Below are positions 8,718 through 17,191 of a DNA stretch of 32,000 nucleotides, piece by piece. The notes under the pieces were generated by a model. The model did no database searches and was not told the origin of the DNA. It saw only the letters and a list, made by a program, of their open reading frames with translations. The DNA lies in contig NC_014833.1 of NCBI RefSeq assembly GCF_000179635.2, positions 930,001 to 962,000 of the forward strand, given 5' to 3'. This DNA comes from Ruminococcus albus 7 = DSM 20455. GTDB lineage: Bacteria; Bacillota; Clostridia; Oscillospirales; Ruminococcaceae. Both the position numbers and the translations under genes were made by a program. Numbering within the stretch: position 1 is the stretch's first letter; each line of letters starts with the position of its first letter.

Positions 8718-9503
8718 ATGAAAGTCGGTGCAGTAGGATATAATTACGTACATGAAGAAGATTTTATTATGGACTGCCCTGAGGGCAGCGGCTGCCCCTT
8801 GCTGCTGCTGATAAAAGAGCCGTCTGTATTTGTTATAGGCGATAGAGAATATGATGTCCCGAAGAATTCATTTGTATTATTCACATCAAATATGCCGCAT
8901 AGTTATCGTGCTAAATATAAAGTCTACACAGATGACTGGGTATATTTCAGTATGAGTGCGGCTGATGAAGACAGACTGAAAAGTTCAGGTGTTCCTTTTA
9001 ATGAGATAATCACTCTTGGCAATATAGAAGAACTGTCCCATACTGTCAGGGCGATTTCCTTTGAGCATTATTCAATTGAAGAAGGGCATGAGCTGATAGA
9101 GGAGCATTTGTTTGAAATACTTATGATAAGGCTCGGCAGAGCAGTGCGGCGAAGCTCTCTAACTGATGTGTCACATTTAGATAAGGTTTCGGCGCTTTTA
9201 AAGATCAGGAATATGATATATGCTGTTCCTAATGAGATACTTGATGTGAACAAATTATCTGAGATGGCGGGAATGAGCCGTTCGGGGTTTCAGCATCTGT
9301 ATAAGAAGGTATTCGGTATAAGTGTATCGGCTGATGTGATCAACGCACGTATGAAGCTTGCACGTGAACTTCTTGTTTCTGCTAATATGTCAATACGGGA
9401 GACAGCGCAGAAATGCGGTTATGCAGATGAATACAGCTTTATGAAAAGGTTCAGGAAATACTATGGCATAACTCCTACACAGATGAAAGAAAAGCTGACA
9501 TAG
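8718..9503 (+). CDS. AraC-family transcriptional regulator (cupin-like sensor + C-terminal HTH)
   Basis: 261 aa. The C-terminus (LSEMAGMSRSGFQHLYKKVFG...IRETAQKCGYADEYSFMKRFRKYYGITPTQ) is a classic AraC double HTH. GAGGAG RBS. Confidence 0.85.
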   Translation: MKVGAVGYNYVHEEDFIMDCPEGSGCPLLLLIKEPSVFVIGDREYDVPKNSFVLFTSNMPHSYRAKYKVYTDDWVYFSMSAADEDRLKSSGVPFNEIITLGNIEELSHTVRAISFEHYSIEEGHELIEEHLFEILMIRLGRAVRRSSLTDVSHLDKVSALLKIRNMIYAVPNEILDVNKLSEMAGMSRSGFQHLYKKVFGISVSADVINARMKLARELLVSANMSIRETAQKCGYADEYSFMKRFRKYYGITPTQMKEKLT

Positions 9504-9511
9504 AGGTATAT

Positions 9512-11356
9512 ATGAAAGGTACGATAGGAATATTTATCCCGACTATGCATAGGACGGGCAGACACAGATATATAAGATATTTATCAGACGAGCTGGCATC
9601 AGCAGGGTATAAGACCTTCTGCTTCTCATCGTATTCCGACCTGTTCTGGCATGATGTATCAAAAAAAGGCGAAAGCATGGTATATGATCTTTACAGGCGT
9701 ATTGAGCTTAGCGGTGTTGTTTTATACAGTGAGCTGATAAAGGATAACGAATTATGCAGCAGTATAATATCAGAATGTGAGAAGAGAAATATTCCGGCAT
9801 TTACTGTTGAGCGCCCGATGGACGGCGCATATAATATAATATACGATCACGGTAAAAGCTTCGGAAAGATCGTTGATCATATAATAGAGAAACATGGTGC
9901 AAGAAATATCTTTATGATGAGCGGTATGAGAGGCAACAGCTTCTCTCTTGAACGTAATCAGGCATACAGAGATTCATTGGAAAAGCATGGTATAGAGTAT
10001 GATGAAACAAAGATCTACTATGGTGATTTCTGGGATCTTCCTACACGCAGTGCAACAGCACAAATGTTTAGCGAGCATAAAGCCCTGCCCGATGCTATCG
10101 TGTGTGCTAATGATGTAATGGCGATAACCGTGTGTCTTGTGCTGTCTGAGCGTGGTATAAGAGTCCCTGAGGATATTATCGTTACAGGATTTGATGGTAC
10201 AGAGCGTGCAAAAGCCTTTTTTCCGACGATCGCAGGTTCCGTTCCCGACTACAAGAGCAGCTGCAGATATATATGCAACGTACTTGAAAGCTACCATGAA
10301 GCTGAACATAAACATCCTGGAAATATGCACTTTGGGGGTATATTTATCGAAGGTCAGTCCTGCGGATGTGATGATATTAAAAAACAGCTTACAGGTGTTT
10401 TATTTGCCGAGCTTTATGAGCAAAGCATTTCTCAGAAGCTTATCAGGTATGAAAATGATAATCTTATGCTTAGCAATATCGGAAATGGTGATGTCAGAAA
10501 ACTGTTTGCTAATATGGAGAATACTCTGAGAACTCTGGCACCTGACGGTATAGAGATATACCTTGATCCGCATTATTTCGATGCTTCTGTCAATGATGGA
10601 GGTTTTGTTCTTGCTGCATCTGTTATTGCGAAACAACAGAGATTTTCTGTATCATTTTCTCCAATCCGACACGGTGAGATCTGCTCGCAGGCACTTTCTG
10701 GAACAGATCAGCCTGTCATTTTTCTCCCTCTTTTTGCTGCAGAGAAAAACTACGGCTATCTGGCAGCATCATTTGACCCTGATGATCTGCTGCGCATAGA
10801 AAAACTGTATGATCTTGTTATTCACCTTAATATCCTGCTTTCAAGCTGTGAAACGACTATCAAGCTCAATTTCCAGTATGAACACGATCATCTGACGGGA
10901 TTGTTAAACAGATATGGGTTTTACCGCAGGGCAGGTGAACTTATTTCAGATGCAGCTGAAAAAGGTCTTGATATTATCATAGTATCAGCAGATATGAATG
11001 GGCTCAAGTACATAAATGATACTTTTGGCCACAAAGAGGGTGACTATGCTATCACCTTGGCTGCTAAGATCATTGAAAAGGTTACAGGCAGACAAGGAAT
11101 ATGTGCCAGATTCGGGGGAGATGAATATCTTGCAGTTGTCGTATCAATGACAGAGGATGAATTTATAAGATCTGCCAGAAGTGAGATCGAGCATATTAAC
11201 CGTATATCCGGCAAACCTTATGGAATATCTGTCAGCATAGGTGTTGAGTCTTCATCTGCTTGTGATGCAATGGATAATCTTGAAGAGATCATTAATGCGG
11301 CTGATAAGAAAATGTTTATGTTCAAGGCTCAGAGCCCGCATAAGAGAAGAGACTGA
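9512..11356 (+). CDS. Diguanylate cyclase with an N-terminal LacI-type sugar-binding (periplasmic-binding-protein fold) domain and no DNA-binding HTH
   Basis: 614 aa. The N-terminal ~280 aa resemble a LacI/PurR core (DAIVCANDVMAITVCLVLSERGIRVPEDIIVTGFDG) and start directly at the core. The C-terminal GGDEF domain has LTGLLNRYGF, DMNGLKYINDTFGH and RFGGDEYLAVV. Confidence 0.8.
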   Translation: MKGTIGIFIPTMHRTGRHRYIRYLSDELASAGYKTFCFSSYSDLFWHDVSKKGESMVYDLYRRIELSGVVLYSELIKDNELCSSIISECEKRNIPAFTVERPMDGAYNIIYDHGKSFGKIVDHIIEKHGARNIFMMSGMRGNSFSLERNQAYRDSLEKHGIEYDETKIYYGDFWDLPTRSATAQMFSEHKALPDAIVCANDVMAITVCLVLSERGIRVPEDIIVTGFDGTERAKAFFPTIAGSVPDYKSSCRYICNVLESYHEAEHKHPGNMHFGGIFIEGQSCGCDDIKKQLTGVLFAELYEQSISQKLIRYENDNLMLSNIGNGDVRKLFANMENTLRTLAPDGIEIYLDPHYFDASVNDGGFVLAASVIAKQQRFSVSFSPIRHGEICSQALSGTDQPVIFLPLFAAEKNYGYLAASFDPDDLLRIEKLYDLVIHLNILLSSCETTIKLNFQYEHDHLTGLLNRYGFYRRAGELISDAAEKGLDIIIVSADMNGLKYINDTFGHKEGDYAITLAAKIIEKVTGRQGICARFGGDEYLAVVVSMTEDEFIRSARSEIEHINRISGKPYGISVSIGVESSSACDAMDNLEEIINAADKKMFMFKAQSPHKRRD

Positions 11357-11462
11357 TATTATTTGTCGCTTTTCAGTCTTACATATGATTTGTATCTGCA
11401 TGAGCGCATAGGCTTGAATTTTTTTAGGATCTAATGTTTGTGATCCATTTTATATCACTATC

Positions 11463-11495
11463 AAAAGCAAAGGCTTATTTCAGCCTTTGCTTTTT
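11463..11495 (+). terminator. Rho-independent terminator after the GGDEF gene
   Basis: AAAAGCAAAGGC-TTATTTCA-GCCTTTGCTTTT: perfect 12-bp stem plus T-run. Confidence 0.8.
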
Positions 11496-11530
11496 GCACG
11501 TTGTGACATATATTCCGACATATCAGAACA

Positions 11531-11559
11531 TTGAAAACTGCTTTTCTTTACGATATAAT
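11531..11559 (+). promoter_or_regulatory. Sigma-A type promoter TTGAAA-17 bp-TATAAT for the GH43 gene
   Basis: TTGAAA at 11531-11536 and TATAAT at 11554-11559, ~70 nt upstream of the start codon. Confidence 0.5.
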
Positions 11560-11630
11560 ATAACAAGAACTTTTATTCAGTTTGATTAGTCGTGTATACA
11601 ATAATGACTGTTTGATAAGGAGGATGCTAT

Positions 11631-13223
11631 GTGAGATACATACAAATACTTATTGCAATGGCAGTTTCTTTGCTTATGGGTTCAGTATTTACTTCTTTCC
11701 CGAAAGTATTTGCCAAGGAAAAGGAACCGAGAACATACAAAAAAGCAAATGAGAATAATCCCATATCCTCACAGGTATTCTGCGCAGATCCTACGGCGGT
11801 TGAATATAATGGCAGGCTTTATGTGTATGGCACAAATGACCATCAGCAATGCAGAGAAAAAGGTGAGGACAAAGATAACACCTATGAGAAAATAAAGTCG
11901 TTGGTCATTTTTTCTACTGATGATATGGTAAACTGGACATATCACGGCGAGATAAATGTGGGGGAGATCGCACCATGGATAATGAATTCATGGGCGCCCT
12001 CTGTTGTATCGAGAAAAGAAGATGACGGTCTGACACATTTCTATCTCTATTTTTCAAATAGTGGTACCGGTGTGGGCGTGATAACTGCCACAGATCCGCT
12101 CGGCCCCTGGACAGATCCTCTTGGAAAGCCGCTTATCAGATATGATACCGAGGGGCTTGAAAACTGCCCTAATCCATTTGATCCGGGAGCGGTCATAGAC
12201 GATTCGGGTGTAGGCTGGCTCTCATTCGGCGGCGGAAAAGCTTCAGGAAGGACAGACTATATGCCCGGTTCATCGAGGATAGTAAAACTTGGCAGCGATA
12301 TGCTGTCCTTTGACAGCGATTTTACAGAAATACCCGCGCCGTATTTCTTTGAGGCAAGTGAGTTGAATTTTATCAACGGATATTATGTTTACACCTATTG
12401 CTCAGACTGGAGCAAGCATATCGAAAAATGGGAGTATCCAACAGATGTGCCCGGCGGCTGTGCAATGATAAGTATGAAGACCAGAACTCCGCTTGATCCG
12501 TCAAGCTGGGAAATGATCGGTGAGGTACTCAAAAATCCAGGTGAAATGGGATTTGATTATTCAAATAATCACACTCATATGCATAAGTATAAGGGCAAAT
12601 GGTATATGCTTTATCATACCCTTTCACTAAAAAATGCCATGAGAATAAAGGGCGGTTACCGCAGTATCTGTGCAGATGAGATAGAAGTAGACGAAAAAAA
12701 TGTGACAGCATCGGGTCTTGGAACAAAGGAAGGAATACTTACCCCTTCTGCGGATAGTTCGGTTTTCGCTGAACGCAGCGGCGCACAGATATGCTCTCAA
12801 GCGGGGGTGTCATATGATGTGAGTGATCCTGCTGACCCTCATGCCATAAGCGATACATCGGGCGCATGGATAATGTTCAGTCGGGCCGATATGGGTGATG
12901 ACAGCAATCCTCTCGGGATAACAGCAAAAATACATGGCAGCGGTAATGTCGAGATAAGGCTTGATTCACCTGACGGTACTCTTGTTGCAACTGTTTCTGA
13001 AAATGATGATACCTCAGACCTTACACAAAACATCAGCGGTCTGCATGATCTATATTTTGTTTTCAGCGAAAAAGGAATGTATATAGATAGTTGGTGTATC
13101 AATAAAATTCCCGAAAAGCAAAAGATTAGTACTGCCGCTGTCGCCGTGATCATTTCAGCTGCAGCAGCCTTGATAGGTGTGACTGTACTGATTATTTTAC
13201 ACTTTAGAAAAAAGAAGAATTGA
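11631..13223 (+). CDS. Secreted GH43-family glycoside hydrolase (arabinofuranosidase/xylosidase type) with a CBM6-like module and a C-terminal membrane anchor
   Basis: GTG start 7 nt after AAGGAGG. Signal peptide MRYIQILIAMAVSLLMGSVFTSFPKVFA. GH43 motifs FCADPTAVEYNGRLYVYGTND and NSWAPSVV. C-terminal IEVRLDSPDGTLVATV...LHDLYFVF (CBM6-like), then a hydrophobic 25-mer plus RKKKN. Confidence 0.8.
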   Translation: MRYIQILIAMAVSLLMGSVFTSFPKVFAKEKEPRTYKKANENNPISSQVFCADPTAVEYNGRLYVYGTNDHQQCREKGEDKDNTYEKIKSLVIFSTDDMVNWTYHGEINVGEIAPWIMNSWAPSVVSRKEDDGLTHFYLYFSNSGTGVGVITATDPLGPWTDPLGKPLIRYDTEGLENCPNPFDPGAVIDDSGVGWLSFGGGKASGRTDYMPGSSRIVKLGSDMLSFDSDFTEIPAPYFFEASELNFINGYYVYTYCSDWSKHIEKWEYPTDVPGGCAMISMKTRTPLDPSSWEMIGEVLKNPGEMGFDYSNNHTHMHKYKGKWYMLYHTLSLKNAMRIKGGYRSICADEIEVDEKNVTASGLGTKEGILTPSADSSVFAERSGAQICSQAGVSYDVSDPADPHAISDTSGAWIMFSRADMGDDSNPLGITAKIHGSGNVEIRLDSPDGTLVATVSENDDTSDLTQNISGLHDLYFVFSEKGMYIDSWCINKIPEKQKISTAAVAVIISAAAALIGVTVLIILHFRKKKN

Positions 13224-13317
13224 TTTTTGAATTAGCAAGATAATAGATTTTTTCCTTAAATAATGAGCCGGTACGGCAATGACAAGTGCTGAAAACAGTT
13301 CTTGATCATTAAAGAAA

Positions 13318-13334
13318 GGGGTTGTTGCAGCCCC
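13318..13334 (+). terminator. Hairpin GGGGTTG-TTG-CAGCCCC downstream of GH43
   Basis: 7-bp GC-rich stem. It belongs to the same motif family as 24834-24850. The T-run is weak. Confidence 0.4.
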
Positions 13335-13386
13335 AACAAAGAAAAAGAGCCTGGCACAGACCTGAAAACCGACTTGGAATTTCTCT

Positions 13387-13554
13387 TTTTGAACTGAAAA
13401 CGGTATAAAAACAAACAGAACATAACACCCCCGAGCCCTCTTTTTTGAAGAGGGCTTGGGGATGTGCGCTCTGAAACAGCTTATTTCACCAGTTAATATG
13501 TTTTTTTACTCTGATGTTCGGATATGGTTAGAGGGTGCTGCGGTTGCAACAGCC
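13387..13554. repeat. ~168-bp intergenic repeat, copy A
   Basis: Aligns to the reverse complement of 26639-26807. By manual alignment there are ~12 mismatches and one 1-nt indel over ~160 nt. Contains a 14-bp stem hairpin at 13429-13461. Confidence 0.9.
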
Positions 13555-13671
13555 TCTTTTAAGTGAACAGATAGCAGATAATAAATGATATCACAAAATA
13601 AAGTTCAGAAAACATGAAACTTAAGAAAAGCCATAATTCCTGAGCATTTTTCTATGATCTGATATATCAGG

Positions 13672-15111
13672 TTATCTAGTACCTGTCCGACATTCCATTT
13701 TTATGTCAATTTGAGTTTGCCGAGAACTTAGTTCCTTATATGTTCTTATTATCAGGAACAAAGTGACTGCAAATGTCAGTATATCTGATATAGGCATTGA
13801 GTACAACACACCGTCAAGTCCAAAGAAAATGGGGAGAGTAATTGCAAAGCCAACTCCGAATACGATCTCTCTTATCATGGAAAGCGCGGTAGATTCAACT
13901 GCCTTACCCATAGCTTGCAGGAAGATGAAGCAAGCCTTGTTCACGCAGGCGAATATCATCATACAGAGATAGATGCGGAAAGCGTGTACCGAAAAATCGG
14001 TATAATAACTGCTCTCGTTCGCTGCACCGAATATGCCGATAAGCTGACGTGGGAAGAACTCTACAAAGATCAGGGCTACCGCACCGACAGCCGCTTCTGC
14101 TGTCAGAAGCTTGGTGAACAGCTCACGCACACGGCTTTTCAGCCCTGCGCCCATATTGAAGCCGACGATCGGGATACAGCCTGCCGCCATACCTACTACG
14201 ATAGAAATAACGATCTGGAAGAACTTCATAACGATGCCGACTACCGCCATAGGTATCTGCGCATACTGCTCCTGCCCGAAAATGCTGTCCATTGCGCCGT
14301 ATTTGCGTATCATATTATTGATTGCTGCCATTGCTGCCACAAGGGAGATCTGCGAGAGAAAGCTCGTAAGTCCAAGCGTCAGCGTTTTGCGGATAATATC
14401 ACTTTTAGGCTTGAAATCAGCCTTTGCAGGCTTGACGAGCTTCATGTTGCAGAGATACCATATCGCAAGCAACGCCGTCACGATCTGTCCGATAACAGTT
14501 GCGATTGCTGCTCCCATCATACCCCATTTGAAAGAGAAGATGAAGATCGGATCAAGTATCATGTTCAGCACCGCACCCGCAAGCGTGGAGATCATAGCAA
14601 ATTTCGGGCTGCCGTCCGCACGGATAACAGGGTTCATAGCCTGACCGAACATATAGAACGGGATTCCAAGTGATATATATAAGAAGTATTCCTTTGAGTG
14701 GCGGAAGGTTTCTTCATTGACCGTACCGCCAAACATAGCGATGAGCCCATCGCTGAATATCAGGTACACCGCACAAAGGATCAGGCTGCTGACTATCGTC
14801 ATAAGAACAGAGTTACCGACACTTTTCTTAGCTTTATCGGGTTCGCCCTTTCCGAGACTCAGGCTGACAAAGGCACAGCAGCCGTCACCGATCATAACAG
14901 CGATAGCAAGAGCTATGACCGTCAGCGGAAATACTACCGTATTTGCGGCATTCCCATAAGAGCCGAGATAGCTTGCATTAGCGATGAATATCTGGTCAAC
15001 GATGTTGTAAAGTGCGCCAACAAGCAGAGAAATGATACACGGCACAGCGTACTTTTTCATCAGTCTGCTGATAGGCTCACGCCCTAAGAATTGATTTGCG
15101 TTTTTTTCCAT
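13672..15111 (-). CDS. MATE-family multidrug/toxic-compound efflux transporter
   Basis: 12-TM-like hydrophobic protein starting MEKNANQFLGREPISRLMKKYAVPCIISLLVGALYNIVDQIFI, a typical MATE N-terminus. The start at 15111 was chosen because AGGAGG lies 7 nt upstream; the track start at 15144 has no RBS. Confidence 0.85.
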   Translation of the reverse strand: MEKNANQFLGREPISRLMKKYAVPCIISLLVGALYNIVDQIFIANASYLGSYGNAANTVVFPLTVIALAIAVMIGDGCCAFVSLSLGKGEPDKAKKSVGNSVLMTIVSSLILCAVYLIFSDGLIAMFGGTVNEETFRHSKEYFLYISLGIPFYMFGQAMNPVIRADGSPKFAMISTLAGAVLNMILDPIFIFSFKWGMMGAAIATVIGQIVTALLAIWYLCNMKLVKPAKADFKPKSDIIRKTLTLGLTSFLSQISLVAAMAAINNMIRKYGAMDSIFGQEQYAQIPMAVVGIVMKFFQIVISIVVGMAAGCIPIVGFNMGAGLKSRVRELFTKLLTAEAAVGAVALIFVEFFPRQLIGIFGAANESSYYTDFSVHAFRIYLCMMIFACVNKACFIFLQAMGKAVESTALSMIREIVFGVGFAITLPIFFGLDGVLYSMPISDILTFAVTLFLIIRTYKELSSRQTQIDIKMECRTGTR

Positions 15112-15130
15112 AGAGATCCTCCTAAAAAAT

Positions 15131-15176
15131 ACAGCGTGAGCCATAAGCTGGATTTATGCTTTTGGCTACACGCTGT
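15131..15176 (-). terminator. Hairpin plus U-run between the 79-aa ORF and the MATE gene
   Basis: On the minus strand: ACAGCGTGTAGCC...GGCTCACGCTGT followed by ATTTTTT, then the MATE RBS. Confidence 0.55.
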
Positions 15177-15197
15177 TTTATTTGATATTCCGTTGTA

Positions 15198-15437
15198 TCA
15201 GTCGAGATAAGAGCCGACAGGAGCCGTGTTGTACTGTTTTTTGATCTTGATGATAACAGAGCCGTCCGCCTGTTCTGTTTCTTCAAGGATCTTATACTTG
15301 GTCTTGCTATTTTCAAGGCTTTCCTTGTATTTTTTGATCTCATCCCGAACTACCCTTACCGCATAGTCATGACCGACATCTTCCTTGAGCATAAAATGAA
15401 GTGTCTGGCAGATACACGCTTCTTTGATCCTTTTCAT
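15198..15437 (-). CDS. Hypothetical 79-aa cytoplasmic protein
   Basis: GGAGG RBS 8 nt upstream. Charged, non-repetitive sequence with no motif recognised. Confidence 0.55.
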   Translation of the reverse strand: MKRIKEACICQTLHFMLKEDVGHDYAVRVVRDEIKKYKESLENSKTKYKILEETEQADGSVIIKIKKQYNTAPVGSYLD

Positions 15438-15452
15438 TACGATCTACCTCCA

Positions 15453-15505
15453 TAAAAAAATAAAACGAGCAGCAATAACCGGACTTACGCAGGATCGCTA
15501 CTCGT
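15453..15505 (-). terminator. Stem-loop plus U-run in the leader of the 79-aa ORF (terminator or attenuator)
   Basis: On the minus strand: ACGAGTAGC-(23 nt)-GCTGCTCGT followed by TTTTATTTTTTT, directly before the RBS. Confidence 0.45.
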
Positions 15506-15514
15506 TATGTACTA

Positions 15515-15543
15515 ATTATATCATGCTTTTTGGAATTTTGCAA
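15515..15543 (-). promoter_or_regulatory. Sigma-A promoter TTGCAA-17 bp-TATAAT with extended -10 TG (minus strand)
   Basis: The reverse complement reads TTGCAAAATTCCAAAAAGCATGATATAAT. Confidence 0.5.
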
Positions 15544-15563
15544 ATTGTGTTTTTTCACAAAGT

Positions 15564-16022
15564 TTATGCGTTTACTGTTTGTGTTGTTTCGGCTTTTCTT
15601 CTGAATACAGCCTTGAAACACGTCCTGATAAACGGCTGGATAAAGAAAAGCTGTGAGAAAAAAGCGAACGGGAAATTAAAGCATACGAGCTTGATCCAGT
15701 TGGCAAGCAAAGTAAAAATGTTGAATCCTGCATAGTATGGATAGTAGAGGAAAGCTGCAAGGAAACTCATCGCGGGACACATTATCCCGACAGTCGCGCA
15801 GATGATCGCCGTTTCAAAGAGTACAGGGTGTGTTTCTCTCGGGTCAAATACCTTACAGGCGAGCTTAAAGGACATGGGGCTTCCGACTGTGATTTCAAGG
15901 GTGTATGCAAGGATGAATTCAATAATTACAACTGTCCAGATCGGCAGATTCCTTACGAGCATATAGACTCCGCCCATTGCATTTACTGCACCGAGCACGC
16001 TATTTTCTCCCGTAACGCTCAT
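15564..16022 (-). CDS. Small integral membrane protein (DUF2798-like?), possibly 5'-truncated
   Basis: 152 aa with four hydrophobic segments. No RBS. The frame stays open upstream of the first ATG into the hairpin at 16047-16086. Confidence 0.5.
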   Translation of the reverse strand: MSVTGENSVLGAVNAMGGVYMLVRNLPIWTVVIIEFILAYTLEITVGSPMSFKLACKVFDPRETHPVLFETAIICATVGIMCPAMSFLAAFLYYPYYAGFNIFTLLANWIKLVCFNFPFAFFSQLFFIQPFIRTCFKAVFRRKAETTQTVNA

Positions 16023-16046
16023 AAGCGTAGAGCCGTTGACGATTTT

Positions 16047-16086
16047 GCCGCCGCACGCTCGTGACTTTAGTCATGAGTTAGGCGGC
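16047..16086 (+). repeat. Left-end-like subterminal hairpin
   Basis: GCCGCC-GCACG-CTCGTGAC-TTTA-GTCATGAG-TTA-GGCGGC. It shares GCACGC..GACTTTAGTC..TG.GAGG with 18182-18206. Confidence 0.5.
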
Positions 16087-16091
16087 ATTTC

Positions 16092-16120
16092 TTGACACTC
16101 TGCCGTATATATGGTATAAT
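16092..16120 (+). promoter_or_regulatory. Consensus sigma-A promoter TTGACA-17 bp-TATAAT with extended TG
   Basis: TTGACA at 16092-16097, TGGTATAAT at 16112-16120. The IS1595 end begins 6 bp downstream. Confidence 0.55.
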
Positions 16121-16125
16121 ATAAT

Positions 16126-17146
16126 ATGGTTATCCCCCTGACACACCACAAGTAAGATCACTGCACCAAAGCAGCCAAAAGCCTTAAATACGCACTGTTT
16201 CCCAGCTTACGACGGTTGAATTTGTAGCAGTATTCGGCAGCATATAACGCTGTGTGGATCTTTTCGTTTCCGTGGTAAGTTCCCATGATCATTGCTTTGA
16301 AGTTTGATATAACTTTATGCATCCAGTTCAGCTGACCGCTTGTCGGATCATATGTTTCAAAAACATGGAAGTATTTCTGTGCCAACGGTTTCTTGTAACT
16401 CCGAGCATTATCACTCTCGATCTTCGAGCCTGCGCGGATATTATCCCTGGCAAATCTACCAACAGTTATACCCTTTAAATTCGGCACATCGCTCATTTTA
16501 ACGTACTCGGGATTTCCTGCTGCGTTCTTCGATAAAGCTACGATCATCTTGACTTTTTCAGTACCTCTGCCGCGCTTTTTACCGTGAGTCGGAGCACCGA
16601 GATACGTGTCATCAAGTTCAACGATCCCGTCGAGCAAATAGCGTTCTTCACGGCATTTCATAGCTTTTCTGATGCGGTGAAGGATGTACCATGCAGTCTT
16701 GTAGGTCACCCCCAAAGACCTCATCAGTGTAACAGCAGAAACGCTGCATTTGTTGCTCATAATGAGGAATGCGGTGACTATCCACAGCCTCAGCGGAATA
16801 TGTGTTCTGTGCATAAAAGTTCCGTTTGTGGCGGATATATCAGCTTTACAGAACTTGCAGCGCAGCAGGTGGCGTGACCTTATCCTGCGGTACTCAGAGC
16901 CACCGCAAAACGGGCAGGCAAAGCCCTTTTCAAAGCGGATATCAAGCAGAAAATCCTTACAAAAACTTTCATCTGCGAACTTTGAGTATATCCCATCAAG
17001 TGTGATCTCAGGTTTAGGAAATCTTTTTGACATAGCGACAGCTCCCTTCGGTTTCTGTCACTATTATACTATATTTTCTGAGTTTTGAGGTCTGTTTATT
17101 TGGACAGCATTGTAAATTATCTGTGGTGTGTTAAAGGGATAACCAT
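16126..17146 (-). mobile_element. IS1595-family insertion sequence
   Basis: Terminal inverted repeats are ATGGTTATCCCCCTGACACACCACAAG (left) and CTGTGGTGTGTTAAAGGGATAACCAT (right). It holds a single transposase gene. No clean 8-bp target duplication was identifiable in the AT-rich flanks. Confidence 0.8.
16158..17033 (-). CDS. IS1595-family (ISXO2-like) DDE transposase with an N-terminal zinc ribbon
   Basis: 291 aa with CPFCGG...CKFCK zinc ribbon, IVELDDTYLG (DDE Asp), KIESDNARSY, and a C-terminal YAAEYCYKFNRR typical of the family. Confidence 0.85.
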   Translation of the reverse strand: MSKRFPKPEITLDGIYSKFADESFCKDFLLDIRFEKGFACPFCGGSEYRRIRSRHLLRCKFCKADISATNGTFMHRTHIPLRLWIVTAFLIMSNKCSVSAVTLMRSLGVTYKTAWYILHRIRKAMKCREERYLLDGIVELDDTYLGAPTHGKKRGRGTEKVKMIVALSKNAAGNPEYVKMSDVPNLKGITVGRFARDNIRAGSKIESDNARSYKKPLAQKYFHVFETYDPTSGQLNWMHKVISNFKAMIMGTYHGNEKIHTALYAAEYCYKFNRRKLGNSAYLRLLAALVQ

Positions 17147-17191
17147 GTAATATAAATATGGATATAAATACTTTATTTTCAATACCTAAAG

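Noticed and set aside
13915-15087. Long + strand ORFs (13915-14673, 14111-14644, 14698-15087, 14717-14959) opposite the MATE gene
   Set aside because: They are antisense to a well-supported 12-TM transporter gene. Their composition is Arg/His/Cys-rich and low-complexity, and they have no RBS. This is the typical shadow-ORF artefact.
16118-17155. Attempt to define an 8-bp target-site duplication for the IS1595 element
   Set aside because: The flanks are TA-rich low complexity (TAATATAA occurs near both sides but not adjacent to the ends), so no unambiguous duplication can be called. This absence is used only as weak support for an adjacent deletion.
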